The notes below the pieces were generated by a model. The model was not told the DNA's origin. It searched no databases and saw only the letters and a program-made list of their open reading frames with translations. Position numbers and translations under genes: made by a program. 64,000 nucleotides of DNA from the human T2T-CHM13v2.0 reference genome, Homo sapiens. Below are positions 16,975 through 35,548 of the stretch, one piece after another. The DNA is taken from assembly GCF_009914755.1 (NCBI RefSeq), contig NC_060933.1. The stretch is one strand, 5' to 3'. Positions within the stretch are counted from its first letter, which is position 1. The number at the start of each line of letters is the position of its first letter.

Positions 16975-17470
16975 CCCCGCCTGCCCGCACCCCGCCTGCC
17001 CCTCACCCCGCCTGCCCCGCACCCCGCCTGCCCCTCACCCCGCCTGCCCCGCACCCCGCCTGCCCCTCACCCCGCCTGCCCCGCACCCCGCCTGCCCGCA
17101 CCCCGCCTGCCCGCACCCCGCCTGCCCCGCACCCCGCCTGCCCGCACCCCGCCTGCCCGCACCCCGCCTGCCCCGCACCCCGCCTGCCCGCACCCCGCCT
17201 GCCCCGCACCCCGCCTGCCCCTCACCCCGCCTGCCCGCACCCCGCCTGCCCCGCACCCCGCCTGCCCCGCACCCCGCCTGCCCGCACCCCGCCTGCCCCG
17301 CACCCCGCCTGCCCCTCACCCCGCCTGCCCCGCACCCCGCCTGCCCCGCACCCCGCCTGCCCGCACCCCGCCTGCCCCGCACCCCGCCTGCCCCTCACCC
17401 CGCCTGCCCGCACCCCGCCTGCCCGCACCCCGCCTGCCCCGCACCCCGCCTGCCCGCACCCCGCCTGCCT
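16975..17470. repeat. 15-16 bp GC-rich minisatellite (CCCCGCCTGCCC(C)GCA), about 30 copies
   Basis: Directly visible, highly homogeneous array. Confidence 0.95.
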
Positions 17471-17626
17471 CTGGGTACATCGTTTCTTTGGGTTGGAGCT
17501 ACCCCTCAGCGTCCCTCCTGAAAGTGTGTCAGCGCTGAGCCAGGATTGGAAAAAGAGATCGTCAACGTTTTATTCTGGTGATAATCCTCCAAATAAAATC
17601 ATTACCAAGTCACGAATTCTCCCTGA

Positions 17627-17866
<240 letters not shown>

Positions 17867-18182
17867 TGATCTCGAACTCCTGACCTTAAGTGATCCGCCT
17901 GCCTCGGCCTCCCAAAGTGCTGAGATGACAGGTGTGAGTCACCGTGCTCAGCTTATTTCTTTACTTTCTTAATAAACTTGCTTTCACTTTGTGGACTTGC
18001 CCCAACTTCTTTCTTGCACAAGGTCCAAGAACCCCTCTCTTAGCGTCTGGATCAGGACCCCAAGAATGAGAGAATGGGAAGGCGCAGGGCGTCCAACAGG
18101 ACTTTCCGGGAGCATGTTTGCCTGACTCCAGGTGGGCCCTGTCGGAAGCTGGGTCAAAATGAAAGACAGCTGCCAGTTACTA

Positions 18183-18464
<282 letters not shown>

Positions 18465-19453
18465 TTAGCCAGGCGTGGTGGCTTACGCCTGTAATCCCAG
18501 CACTTTGGGATCAGGAGTTCGAGACCAGCCTGACCAACATGGTGAAACCTCGTCTCTACTAAAAACATATAAAAAAATTAGCTGGACATAGTAGTGGGCA
18601 CCTGTAATCCCAGCTACTGGGGAGGCTGAGGCAAGAGAATCACTTGAACCCAGGCGGCGGAGGTTGCAGTGAGCCAAGATAGTGCCAACTGCACTCTCCA
18701 GCCTGGGTGACAGAGCAAGACTCTGTGTCAAAAAAAAAGAAAAAAGAAAAAAAAAAAAGAAAACAGTGTAGCAGGCAAAGGTTTGATTTCCACACCAAAG
18801 CCTAACTCTGAGAGCATGGTTTTCTTCCAGATTCTCTCTAAATACTAATTTCAGGGAAGACAGGCCCATTCCCAGCCTCCTGGAAATCCTTCTCAACACA
18901 GTTCTTGAGTCTGTGGTCCCTCCCATGGTCCTCCCCACCAGCACTCTGCTGTAGCTCTCAGGCTGCTCTGCCACCTCCCCTCCCCATCTACCTGCTCAAG
19001 GACTGGCCCGTTTGCTGTCTTGGGTGGAAGGGGCAGTCCTGAACTCTCTTCTTCAAAGTGACAGTTTAATTCTCCACCCCTTAAATCTTGGCGGGAGGGG
19101 CACCTTGTGACTGCTTTTGTAACCGAACACACATTCAGCTGCTCAAAAGCCAAAACTCAAGAGACAGGAGTTGGTGGGAAGAAAGCAATTTATTCAGACA
19201 GCCAGCAAACCAAGAAGATGGTGGACTAGAGTCCTAATGTGCCATCTCAGGTGGGTACAAATTTCAAGCTCTTTTTATGTTAAGGGCAGAGAAAGAGAAG
19301 GTGGTTAGGATCAAGAAGTGATCTACAGTCGGGTGCGGTGGCTCACGCCTGTAATCCCAACACTCCCACTTTGGGAGGCCGAGGCGAGCAGATCATCTGA
19401 GGTCGGGAGTTCGAGACCAGCCTGACCAACATGGAGAAACACCGTCTCTACTA

Positions 19454-19768
<315 letters not shown>

Positions 19769-19771
19769 CTA

Positions 19772-19951
<180 letters not shown>

Positions 19952-22552
19952 TCAGACATCTGGGCACCAGCAAGTCTGAGGAGGTTGGGAACTTCTTTGT
20001 CCTTAGTCAGGTCGCAATGCTTTTACACATATTTAATAAAATATTGTTAGTTGTTTATATACTTTCAACCTCAGAGTTAGTTTTTAAAACTACATGATTA
20101 CTGTTTTTCCATATTATCTCAGTGCTCCGAAATTATCCTAGCCTACGTGCAGGATGGGTAAAGGCCCCTTGAACACAAACGGAGTGAGTTATGTTAGTTC
20201 TACTGTTTTACTGTTATACTTTGGCCAATTGAATACAGTGGAAGGGATGCTGTGCCAGTTCGGGAGTGGCCTGGAAACTGCTGGAAACTGCTAAACTGGC
20301 CTGGAGACTGCTACTTCCTGTGTCTTCGAAGTCCACTGGCACATGAGAAGTACAACTGCTCAGAGGCAGCCATGTTGAAAGGAAGCCCAAGCAGCCACAT
20401 GAACACCCTGGTTTACAGGCCAGCAGATCCCCCAGCAACAGCCATCATTAGCTGCCAGCTACTTCCTGCAACAATGTGATCCTAGATTCAGCAAAACAAA
20501 ACAAATCCTGTTGCTGGTTTCTCCTGCTCAGGCCTGGAGGCATCCAGACCTCACCAGAACAGACACACAATATAGTGGAACTGATGTGTAGACGCAGTCA
20601 ACACACAAGAACAACCATCACCCGGGGAGTCAACCCTGACCCCAGGGCGGGGGAGACCAGAAACTCTCTCCCATGTCCTCTCTCCCCTCGGCCTCAGGAG
20701 GGACCCATGTGGGCACTGGCATCCAGGATGAAGACTACACTTCCCAGCATCCCTTGCAGCAAGCAGTGGCCATGTGACCAGGCTGTGGCCAATGGGGAGG
20801 CGAGGCCTGTGCACAGCGGCTGCCTTTAGAGGAAGGAAGTTTTGTGCCCTGTTGTCCCCTTCTCCTCTCCCTGCTGGCTGGCAGGAGACAGGGTGGACTC
20901 TCAGGGGGAAGCTACACCCTAAGGAAGTCAGAACAGCAAGATGGAAGGAGGCTAAGACCCTAAAAACTGCATAGAGAAGAATCTCCCGACTGCCTTGGAC
21001 TTTCATGTGAAGGGAATGAACCTCTGTCTTAGTTAAGCCACCGTGATTCAGGGTCCTTGTCACATTCACCGAGGCTGTAACCTAATTGGTAGAAAGAACA
21101 GGAGCGGGAGGGGAGATGGAGTCAGAGAGGCAGGCAGAGGTCAGATCACATCAGGCCTGCAGGTCAAGATGGAGGAAGAAACAGGCAACATAGGACTCAA
21201 GGACCACACCTGCTCCCAGGTGAAGGGATTTTGCCGTGGGTGCCCCTCCCTGTCTGCTGGAGAAAGCTAATTTGACCCACTTCCCTTTAGGACTTTGCAA
21301 GATGCACATCACAGTCACAGGTACTTGTCTCCTAACAGTCCTTTCAGGGGAACTGCCCCACCCCTAATTAACCCAGCCTCAGGTATTCCTTTATAGCAAT
21401 GCAGGTGGACTGACACATATCTTTAGTGTCGTGAGACTGTGACAAGAGCAGGAAAGAATCCTCGTGTGCATCCCTCTGAGCGTTGGGAGCTGTTGTTGTA
21501 GCAGCTGCTGTTACTCATCCTGACTGATACACAGACACCGCCAGTAGCCCTCTCTCCTGGAAACGCCATGTAAGTTAGGTGAGGCATGACCCAGGAAAGC
21601 TCTCAAGCTGACTTCCCTCCTACCCTCAGGGCTGCGGAGCAGGTCCCTCATTATCTAAGATCAGTTGGACACCTGTACGCCTGCCATGGCCTGGAGCAAG
21701 TGCCAGGCACTGTGGATGATGAATATGAGAACAGCATCAACCCTGCCCTCCTGCAGGTGACTGGCCAGACCGTGGGATTCCTCCACAACCAACTCTGCAC
21801 ACACAGCTCACTCATGTCGAGCAGGAAGCGGAGCTTGGGATCACCTGACCCGCTCCCCTCACCTGGGAGCAGCTTATATAGAAGCGCCTGTAGTTCACAC
21901 AGGGCTGATGGTTCCAGCTTCCAAGACACCCCGAGGCCTCCTGGGCTGCTTGGTAATCAGACCAGGTACGTGCAAAGAGGCATGGCTCTTTATTTTCACT
22001 TAATTGAGAAAACCACATCAGCAAAGAGAGCATCCAAGCTCAGTGGCCCTTTCTCCCCACAACAGTGACCATTAACCTTTTAAAAGATGCTTTATGGGTT
22101 ATTTGCCAAACCTCCTTCTTCATGCCGAGGTGTGATGAGGCTCATAAATAGGCCAGACTTGGGAGGGGACAAATGCGAGCAATGCCACCAATGAGAGGCC
22201 CAGGCAGAGCCGGTCTCGGGGCTGCCCAGCCATGTGTGCACCAAACATGGATGTGTCAGTGGCCGTGCCAGGAGTCAAGCTCTTGGCCAGGGGCCTCTGG
22301 GTGGCCAAGGCCAAGTCTTGTTCAAAAGGTGAGTTCAACTGAGCCAACCATGGCAGAAATACATAAGGGAGACCCCATGCCTCCTCTGGGTAAAATCCCC
22401 TGCTAATCCCACCTGGCTCAGAGGAGGAGCCATGTCCTCACAGCAGCCTGCAGTCCCCGCCTGACTCAGCCTCCTCTCGGCTCTGATTCTCCATGCCCCT
22501 CTACCCCTCTCTGTCTCCTCTCCCACCCCAGAAAGGGGATCCTGCAGGTTCA

Positions 22553-23346
<794 letters not shown>

Positions 23347-23449
23347 TCACACCTGTAATCCCAGCACTTTGGGAGGCCGAGGCGGGCGGATCACGAGGTT
23401 AAGAGTTCGAGACCAGCCTGGCCAATATTGTGAAACCCTCTCTCTACTA

Positions 23450-23584
<135 letters not shown>

Positions 23585-24339
23585 CTAGGTGACAGAGTCA
23601 GACTCCGTCTCAAAAAAAAAAGAGTTGAACCAGCCCTTCACAGAAAAGGAAATGTGAAGGAAAGGGCAATAAAAACATGAAGAGGGTCTCAGCTAACAGG
23701 ATGAGGATCACGTGTCACCCACCAGACAGCAAAAATCCCACAGCCCAATCAATGCAAGGATTGGGAAGAATGGAGAGCAATAGGAACCCTCAGCCACTGC
23801 TAAGAATGATGTGAAATTGTTTTTGGTATCCCTGCATATGAAAGGGTGTGTTTTGTGGGTTATGAGGAAAATTACATTTCTTACCTGGGATGAAATTGTA
23901 AAAACTGAAAGCTACTGACCAGGAGAAATGTGCACCTGTGTACAAAAGAAAGGCCCAAGAGCATTCCCAGCAGCACAGTCCTCAGGGCCCCAGCCTGGCT
24001 GAACTCTCGTCCACAGGAAGATGAAGACATTTCCCATGCTCCCCTCAGACGGCGGGAGATCGTGCAGCAATGAAAAAGACTCATGTTAGTGTGGGTGGGT
24101 CTCAGGAAGAGAATGGAGACGGGAGATCACGCAGCAATGAAAATGAACCATGTCAATGTGGGTGGGTCTCAGGGAGAGAATGGAGGACAGAAATAGACAT
24201 CAAGCAGATACTCAGACCCAACGCAGTGTAGGAGCAGCCACCCAGGAGAATTCCTTCACATCAAAGTTCAAAACTACAGCCGAGGCAACAGAGCCCTGTC
24301 TCAAAAAGACAACAGAAAGTTGAAACAGAAACTAGAACG

Positions 24340-26270
24340 AGTCTGAGGGTCATGGAGCTGGAGACCCGGGGAGGAGTCAGTGCTGCTGTTCCAGTTTGCG
24401 GGTCGTGGATCTGGAGACCCAGGGTGGAGCTGGTGCTGCTGTTGTAGTTTGACGGTCATGGAGCTGGAGACCTCGGGAGGGTCCATTTGAAGAGCAGCAC
24501 CGGCTCCTCCCTGGGCCTCAGGCTCCACGACCTTCAGACTTTAAAAGCGGTAATACCGGCTTCTCCCTGGGTTTCCAGCTATATAACCCTCAGACATGAA
24601 GCGCAACAGCACCGGCTCCTCCCCGCCTCCAGTTCCATGACCCTCAAACTACAACAGCAGCACCAGCCTCTCCCCAGGTCTCCAGCTCCACCACCTTCAA
24701 ACTAGAACAACACCACCAGCTTCTCCCTGGGTCTCCAGTTCCACAACGCTCAAACTAGAACAACACCAGCTTCTCCCCAGGTCTCCAGCTCCACAGCCCT
24801 CAAACTAGAACAACGCTGGCACCTCCCTGATTCTCCAGTTCCATGACCCTATAATTAGAACAACACCAGCTCCTTCTCTGGTCTCCAGCTCCACAACCCT
24901 CAAACTAGAATAACACCAGCTCCTCTCCAAGTCTCCAGTTCCATGACTCTCAAACTAGAACAACACCAGCTCCTCCTCAGTTCTCCAGCTCCACGACCCT
25001 CAAACTAGAACAACACTGGCTCCTCCCCAGGCCTCCAGCTCCATGACCCTTAAACTAGAACACCACCACCAGCTTCTCCCCTGGTCTCCAGCTCCATAAC
25101 CCTCAAACTAGAAAACACTGGCACCACCCCGATTCTCCAGCTCCACTAACCTCAAACTAGAACAACACCAGCTCCTCCTCAAATCTCCAGGTCCAGGACC
25201 CTCAAACTAGAAAAACACTGGCTCCTCCCCAGGCCTCCAGCTCTGCAATCCTCAAACTAGAACAACACCATCTCCTCCCCAGGTCTCCAGCTCTGTGAAC
25301 CTCAAACTAGAACAACACCACCAGCTCCTCCCAGGTCTCCAGCTCCCCAACCCTCAAACTGGATCAACACCAGCTCCTCCAGGGTCTCCAGCTCCCCGAC
25401 CCTCAAACTGGATCAACACCGGCTCCTCCAGGGTTTCCAGCTCCCCAACCCTCAAACTGGATCAACACCGGCTCCTCCTCAGTCTCCAGCTCCGTGACCC
25501 TCAAACTGGATCAACACCGGCTCCTCCTCAGTCTCCAGCTCCCCGACCCTCAAACTGGATCAACACCAGCTCCTCCAGGGTCTCCAGTTCCCCGACCCTC
25601 AAACTGGATCAACACCAGGTCCTCCAGAGTCTCCAGCTCCCCGACCCTCAAACTGGATCAACACCAGCTCCTCCAGGGTCTCCAGCTCCCCAACTCTCAA
25701 ACTGGATCAACACCGGCTCCTCCAGGGTCTCCAGCTCCCCGACCCTCAAACTGGATCAACACTGGCTCCTCCAGGGTCTCCAGCTCCCCGACCCTCAAAC
25801 TGGATCAACACTGGCTCCTCCTCAGTCTCCAGCTCCGTGACCCTCCAACTGGATCAACACCAGCTCCTCCAGGGTCTCCAGCTCCCCGACCCTCAAACTG
25901 GATCAACACTGGCTCCTCCCCAGGCCTCCAGCTCCGTGACCCTCAAACTAGATCAACACCAGCTCCTCCAGGGTCTCCAGCTCCCCAACGCTCAAACTAG
26001 ATCAACACTGGCTCCTCCAGGGTCTCCAGCTCCCCAATGCTCAAACTAGATCAACACCAGCTCCTCCAGGGTCTCCAGCTCCCCAACCCTCAAACTAGAT
26101 CAACACCGGCTCCTCCTCAGGTCTCCAGCTCCCCGACCCTCAAACTGGATCAACACCAGCTCCTCCAGGGTCTCCAGCTCCCCAATGCTCAAACTAGATC
26201 AACACCGGCTCCTCCTCAGGTCTCCAGCTCTGCGACCCTCAAACTAGAACAACAACACCATCTCCTCCCC
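24340..26270. repeat. 49-50 bp minisatellite (CTCAAACTGGATCAACACCAGCTCCTCCAGGGTCTCCAGCTCCCCGACC), about 35 forward copies plus about 3 inverted copies
   Basis: Period of 49 measured at 25402/25451/25500; 24340-24480 is the reverse complement of the unit. Confidence 0.93.
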
Positions 26271-26271
26271 G

Positions 26272-26677
26272 TCTCTCCTACTTGCATGTCCATTTATAGG
26301 CTCTCTGCAAGAAGAAAAATATGGCTTTTTTTGCCCGAACCTGCAGGCAGTCAGACCTTATGGTTGTCTTCCCTTGTTCCCTAAACATTGCTGTTATTCT
26401 GTTCTTTTTCAAGGTGCACTGATTTCATATTGTTCAAACATACATGTTTTACAATCAATTTGTACAGTTAACACAATTATCACAGTGGTCCTGAGGTGAC
26501 TTACATCCTCAGTTTACAAAGATAACAGGAGTAAGTGACTAAAGTAAAGACAGGCATAAGAAATTGTAAAAGTATTATTTGGGAACTGACAAATGTCCAT
26601 GAAATCTTCACAATTTGTGTTCTTCTGCTGCGGCTCCAGCTGGTCCCTCCATTCGGGGTCCCTGACTTCCTGCAACA
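26272..26677 (-). mobile_element. MER11 (HERV-K HML-8 LTR) 5' fragment
   Basis: Minus strand begins TGTTGCAGGAAGTCAGGGACCCCGAATGGAGGGACC; truncated where the minisatellite begins. Confidence 0.8.
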
Positions 26678-27194
26678 TGCTGGCATGCACCTGTAGTCCC
26701 AGCTACTCAGGAGGCTGAGGCAGAGAATTGTTTGAACCTGGGAGGTAGAGGTTGCAGTGAGCCAAGATCGCTGCCACTACACTCCAGCCTGGGCCACAGA
26801 GCGAGACTCCGTCTCAAAAAAAAAAGAAAGAACTGGAGGCTGACACAGGCCAAAGAAGCAGCTCAGGCTGAAATTGAACAGTACCACCTGCAGAGGGAGA
26901 AAGAGTTGAAAGCCAAGGAAGCTGCGGCACTGGAATCCATGGCACTGGCAGCACCAAAGTGGAGAAGGAGACCCAGGAGAAGATGACCATCCTCCAGACC
27001 TACTTTCCTCACAACAGGGATGAAGTCTGGGATAACCTCTTGGCTTTTGTCTGTGACATTCAGCCAGAAATGCATGAAAACTACCGCATAAATGGATAGA
27101 AGAAGAGAAGCACCTGTTCTTTGGATAGGCATTTTAGATGCCCTCATGAAATATGAAGCTTTAGCATAGCTCTAGTTATAGTCTTATGAAATTA

Positions 27195-28177
27195 TGAAGG
27201 GGACCTGCCCCTCCACACCTGCGGGTATTTCTCACCAGGTGGAGATGAGAGACTGAGAAAACAAATAAGACACAAAGACAAAGTATAAGGGAAGAAAAGT
27301 GGGCCCAGGGGACCGGCACTCAGCAAGTGAGGAACTGCACCGACGCTGGTCTCTGAGTTCCTCAGTATTTATTGATCACTAGCTCTACTATCTCGGTGAG
27401 GGGGACATGGCAGGACTATAGGGTAATGGTGGGCAGAGGGTCAGCAGGAAAACATGAGCAAAGGACTCTGTGTCATAAATAAGTTTAGGGAAAGGTGCTG
27501 TGCCTGGATGTGCACGTAGGCCAGGTTTATGTCTGACTTTACACAAACCTCTCAGTGCAGTAAAGAGCAGTATTGCCGCCAGCATGTCTCACCTCCAGCC
27601 ATGGGGCAGTTTTCTCCTATCTCAGTAAACAGAATGTATGATTGGGCTTTACACCAAGACATTCCATTCCCAGGGATGAGCAGGAGACAGATGCCTTCCT
27701 CTTATCTCAACTGCAAAGAGGCCTTCCTCTTTCACTAATCCTCCTCAGTACAGACCCTTTATGGGTGTCAGCCTGGGGGACGATCAGGTCTTTCCCTTCC
27801 CATGAGGCCATATCTCAGGCTGTCTCAGTGGGGGGAGACCTGGACAATACGCAGGCTTTCTTGGGCAGAGGTCCCTGCGGCTTTCCGCAGTGCACTGTGT
27901 CCCTGGTTAATGGAGAATGGAGAATGGCGATGACTTTTACCAAGCATACTGCCTGCAAACACATTGTTAACAAAGCACATGCTGTATAGCCCTAAATCCC
28001 TCAAACCTTGAGTTAACACAGCACATGTTTCTGTGAGTACAGGGTTGGGGCTAAGGTTACAGATTAACAGCATGTCAAAGCAGAAGAATTTTTCTTAATA
28101 CAGATCAAAATGGAGTTTCTTATGTCTTCCTTTTTCTACATAGACACAGTAACAGTCTGACCTCTCTTTCCCCCACA
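27195..28177 (-). mobile_element. 3' LTR of the HML-2 provirus
   Basis: TG...CA termini; preceded by the polypurine tract AAAAAGAAAAGGGGGAAA (28178-28195); LTR AATAAA intact. Confidence 0.93.
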
Positions 28178-28189
28178 TTTCCCCCTTTT

Positions 28190-31550
<3,361 letters not shown>

Positions 31551-31894
31551 GCCTCAATTGGGACTTCAATACCATTTTCACTCTTTCCTAGTCCGTTTTC
31601 TGGTACATGTCCCATTTCAGTCATGATTTTTTGACTCATGGGGCTGGATAATGGAGCGGGCATACTGATTTCCATACTCCATTGTTGTAATAAATCTCAA
31701 CCCCACAGATTAACAGGAATTGGAGTAATCATTGGCTGAGCAGTACTTTTTTGATTATCTGGCCCTAAACAATGTAAAATCATAGTACTTTGATACACTT
31801 CTGAGGCAGTGCCTACGCCCACCAAACTTGCAGCCATCTTTTGGCCAATTTCTTGGCCACTGATGCAAAACAATGATAGAGACATCCGCCCCAG

Positions 31895-33043
31895 TGTAGG
31901 GTCCAGCCCTACAGGACCTTGTGGGTTTCCTCTTCATGTGCAGAGATGAGAGATTGTAGAAAGAAAGACATGAGACTAAGGGATAGTAGGAAAGACAGCT
32001 GGGCCCTGGGGCCACTACCACCAATGCGCGGAGTCCGGTAGTGGCCCCGAAGGCCTGGATGCACTGCTATTTATTGTATACAAGGCAAGGGGGCAGGGTA
32101 AGGAGTGTGAGTCACCTCAAGTGATTGATAAGGACAAGCAAGTCAAGTGTCCACATGACAAGGGGACTTTCCCTTTGTGGTAGCTGAAGCAGAGAGGGAG
32201 GACAGCAGACGTTAGCATATCTTCTATGCACTTATCAGAGAGATCAAAGACTCTAATACTTTCGCTAATTCTGCTACTGCTATCTTCTAAGAACTTAAGA
32301 GAAGCAGCAGGTGTACAGGCAGAATATGAAAGTGGACAAGGAGCATGACCACTGAAGCACCACAGGGAGACGTTGAAGCCTCCGATGACTGCGGGCAGGC
32401 CTGGGGAATGTCAGGTCCCCCACAAGAACTGGTGGAGCAGAGTGCTCGCTAACTCTCCCAGGGAAAGGGAGACTCCCTTTCCTGGTCTGCTAAGTAACGG
32501 GTGCCTTCCAGGCGCTGGCGCTACCGCCAGGCCAAGGTCCGCTGAGTAACGGGTGCCTTCCCAGGCACTGGCGCTACCGCCAGGCCAAGGTCTGCTGAGT
32601 AATGGGTGCCTTCCCAGGTGCTGGCGCTACCGCCAGGCCAAGGTCTGCTGAGTAACGGGTGCCTTCCCAGGCACTGGCGCTACCGCTAGACCAAGGTCCG
32701 CTGAGTAACGGGTGCCTTCCCAGGTGCTGGTGCTACCACTAGACCAAGGAGCCCTCAAGCAGCCCTTATCTGGGCGTGACAGAGAGCTCACACTCTTGTC
32801 TTCTGGTCACTTCTCACAATGTCCCTTCAGCTCCTAACTCTGTATGGCCTAGTTTTTCTTTGGTTATAATAATAATACAAAGGTTAATACAGAAAACTAA
32901 TGATTGATAATATCCATATATAATCATCTCTATATCCTATTTCGAATATAACTTTCTCTTTTCCTAACTATTTTCTTGATTATACTGGAACAGCTTGTGC
33001 CTTCAGTCTCGTGTCTCGGCGCCTGGGTGGCTTTCCGCCCACA
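31895..33043 (-). mobile_element. Solo LTR13 (HML-4) nested in HML-2 pro
   Basis: Minus strand TGTGGGCGGAAAGCCACCCAGG...GGGCTGGACCCTACA; perfect TSD CCCCAG at 31889-31894 and 33044-33049; homologous to the LTR at 13479. Confidence 0.88.
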
Positions 33044-33463
33044 CCCCAGGGTCTACTAACCCTTCAAACTGTTTTCCCTGAATAATGGCCTTACACACAG
33101 GTCTGCTTTCTGAGACCTGACTTGCCCAATATGCAGCCTTTCCTGCCAGATCAGTGCTCCCAAACCCTCCTGTTCTTTTTGTCTCACTGTTTCCAACCTT
33201 AATATAAGGCAGGAGTAATAATTGAGCAATTCCGTCTCCTGGACGGGCACTCCAAGGAATTGAGGAGCTAATAACCAATTGAATTTCACCTTTGTAATCT
33301 GTATCAACCACACCAGTATGAATTTGAACTCCCTTTAGATTTAAACTTGATCTTCCTAAGATGAGTCCTACAGTCCCCTCGGGCAGTGGGCCGTATACCC
33401 CTGAGGGGATTTTTTGTGGGGGCTCCCCTGGAAGCAGAGAGACTGCTGGTATAACACATAAAT

Positions 33464-35548
33464 CTACTGCTGCACTGCCGCTTGTGGCGGGGGACAATTG
33501 TTGTATTGTGGTAACTGGCCCGTTCCCTGAGGCACTTGTGACAGTGGAGGTTGTTGTCCCTGAAAACCCTGAGGAACAAAAGGCTGAATCGGGAACGCCC
33601 CAGTTTGTTGCGAGGCCTGAGGCTGGCCCCTCTTCCAGTTTTCCGACAATGGTTGCCCATTTTTATCAAATTTAGAACGACATTGATTAGCCCAATGTTT
33701 TCCTTTTCCACATCTTGGACACAGGCCAGGTGGCTCTTTATTTTTGGCTGTAGTAGTTTGATTTGTTATATTCTGTTTATTTAAGACTGGGCAATTCTTT
33801 TCTAAATGACCAATTTGACCACAATTATAACATTTTCCCTCAAATGTTCTAACTTGTCCTCCTAAAGCAACCCCAGTTTTTGCTGGAGCCATTAGCATAG
33901 CTTTATGCATAGCCCCTCCAATTCCATCATAGGCTTTTACATACTCTGAGACTACATCTGACCCTGCTGGGACATTCCCTTTTAATGGCTTAATGGCTGA
34001 TTGACACTCAGGATTGTCGTTTTCGTATGCCATCAACTCCACTATGACCTTACGGGCATTCTCATTGGCCATTGACTTTTGAGCAGCATCTTGGAGCCTT
34101 GCCACAAAATCAGGGTAGGGCTCTTTAGAGCCTTGTCTTATTGTATTGAATGAGGGGCAGGTGGTTCCCGGGTCTTGGATTTTTTTCCCAGGCTCTAAGG
34201 CAGATAGCTCTAACTTGCTCAATGGCCACATATTGTATTATTGCTTGTTGATTAGTAGTGCTCCAATTTTGACCTGTTCCTAATACTTGATCTGCATCTG
34301 TGTTAACTGGAGGATTGGCAGCCCTATTTTTTCGGACCTGTTCTTGTGTCCCATCAATCCACCAGGTCTTAAATTGTAAAAATTGAGGTGAGAGTGATGA
34401 TTTGGCCAAAATCTCCCAATCATAAGGAATGAGTCTATGTCCATGAGCAGTGGAATCTAATAATGTTCTTATATAAGGGGAGTTGGGTCCATACTGTTTT
34501 ACTCCCTCTTTCATGTCTTTTAGCATTTTCATAGAAAAGGACCCATTTCTGGCATCAGCTCGGGGAGGCGCTCCCTCTTGGGCCCCTCTTCCAGGTGGTA
34601 TGGGTTCTAATATTACCGGGGTCTGCCACGCGTCAGTATCCCCTTGTTTTGTCTTTTCAATAATTTTATGTAATGCACGACCCTGTCCACTAGGTGGTGC
34701 TGTAGGATTACGTCTCATAGTGGGCGGCTGCGGCTATAGCGCCCTGCCCTGCGGTGCTGGAAACATCCTGGCCATCCATACTGATACTCTGGGGGCGGCC
34801 GATACTGAAGTTTGGCTGGCGGCCAGTATTGATAGGCTACCGGCAGTTGGGTCTTATTTTCTACCAGCTGATATTGTGGATACTGCATCTGGATTGGCAT
34901 TGCTGGGATAGAGACTCTTTCCTTTTCTATTTGATATTCTCTTGGGGTTTGTACTTGTCTAACCTGCATTTGAGGTTGTAATGTTACAGGCATCTGAACC
35001 GCGGGAGGAGGAGTTGATGGCCATCGTGGTTTAGACTCTGATGGCCCCAATAATTCTGGACCTTTTCCCCCCAATTTTAGTGGTCCAGAATATATTACCT
35101 CCTGTAATTGATTGTAGTCAACATTTTGCGCTGACCGAGGCATTACAGACTCTGCTACATATTTACAATGTGAACTTTCCGTTCCTTTCTCGAATTCTGT
35201 CCCTGCCTCTTCTTCACAATCTATTACACAGCTTTCAGGGGCATCAGAAACTGAAACGCTATCTTCTCCTGTTTGAAATGATTCTAAAGCTGCTTTAATA
35301 ATGGCCCAATCATTCCATACTGTAAGTGGGATGATTTTACCTTCCCTATTTGCTTGCTTTAATTCTTTGCCAATTTTTTCCCAATCTTTTAGATCTAAAG
35401 TTCCTTGTTTTGGAAACCATGGGCAGAATTGTTCTATTGTTTGAAATAGTGTAATTAGATTTTCTGTAGAGGCTCTAACTCCCCCTCTTCTTAAAAAAAT
35501 TTTAATGAAGCTGAGATAAGAGGCATATTTACTTTCAGTTTGTCCCAT
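33464..35548 (-). pseudogene. gag: HERV-K gag, frameshifted
   Basis: MGQTESKYASYLSFIK (ATG 35548), capsid MHR IRQGSKEPYPDFVARL, zinc knuckles CYNCGQIGHLEKNC and CPRCGKGKHWANQC; broken over three ORFs. Confidence 0.93.

Noticed and set aside
21586-22068. 160-aa ORF and faint RT-like words (CVNYRR, VWPV) on the opposite strand
   Set aside because: The motifs are in the wrong order and different frames and I recognise no family; a tBLASTn/Dfam search would be needed to say more.
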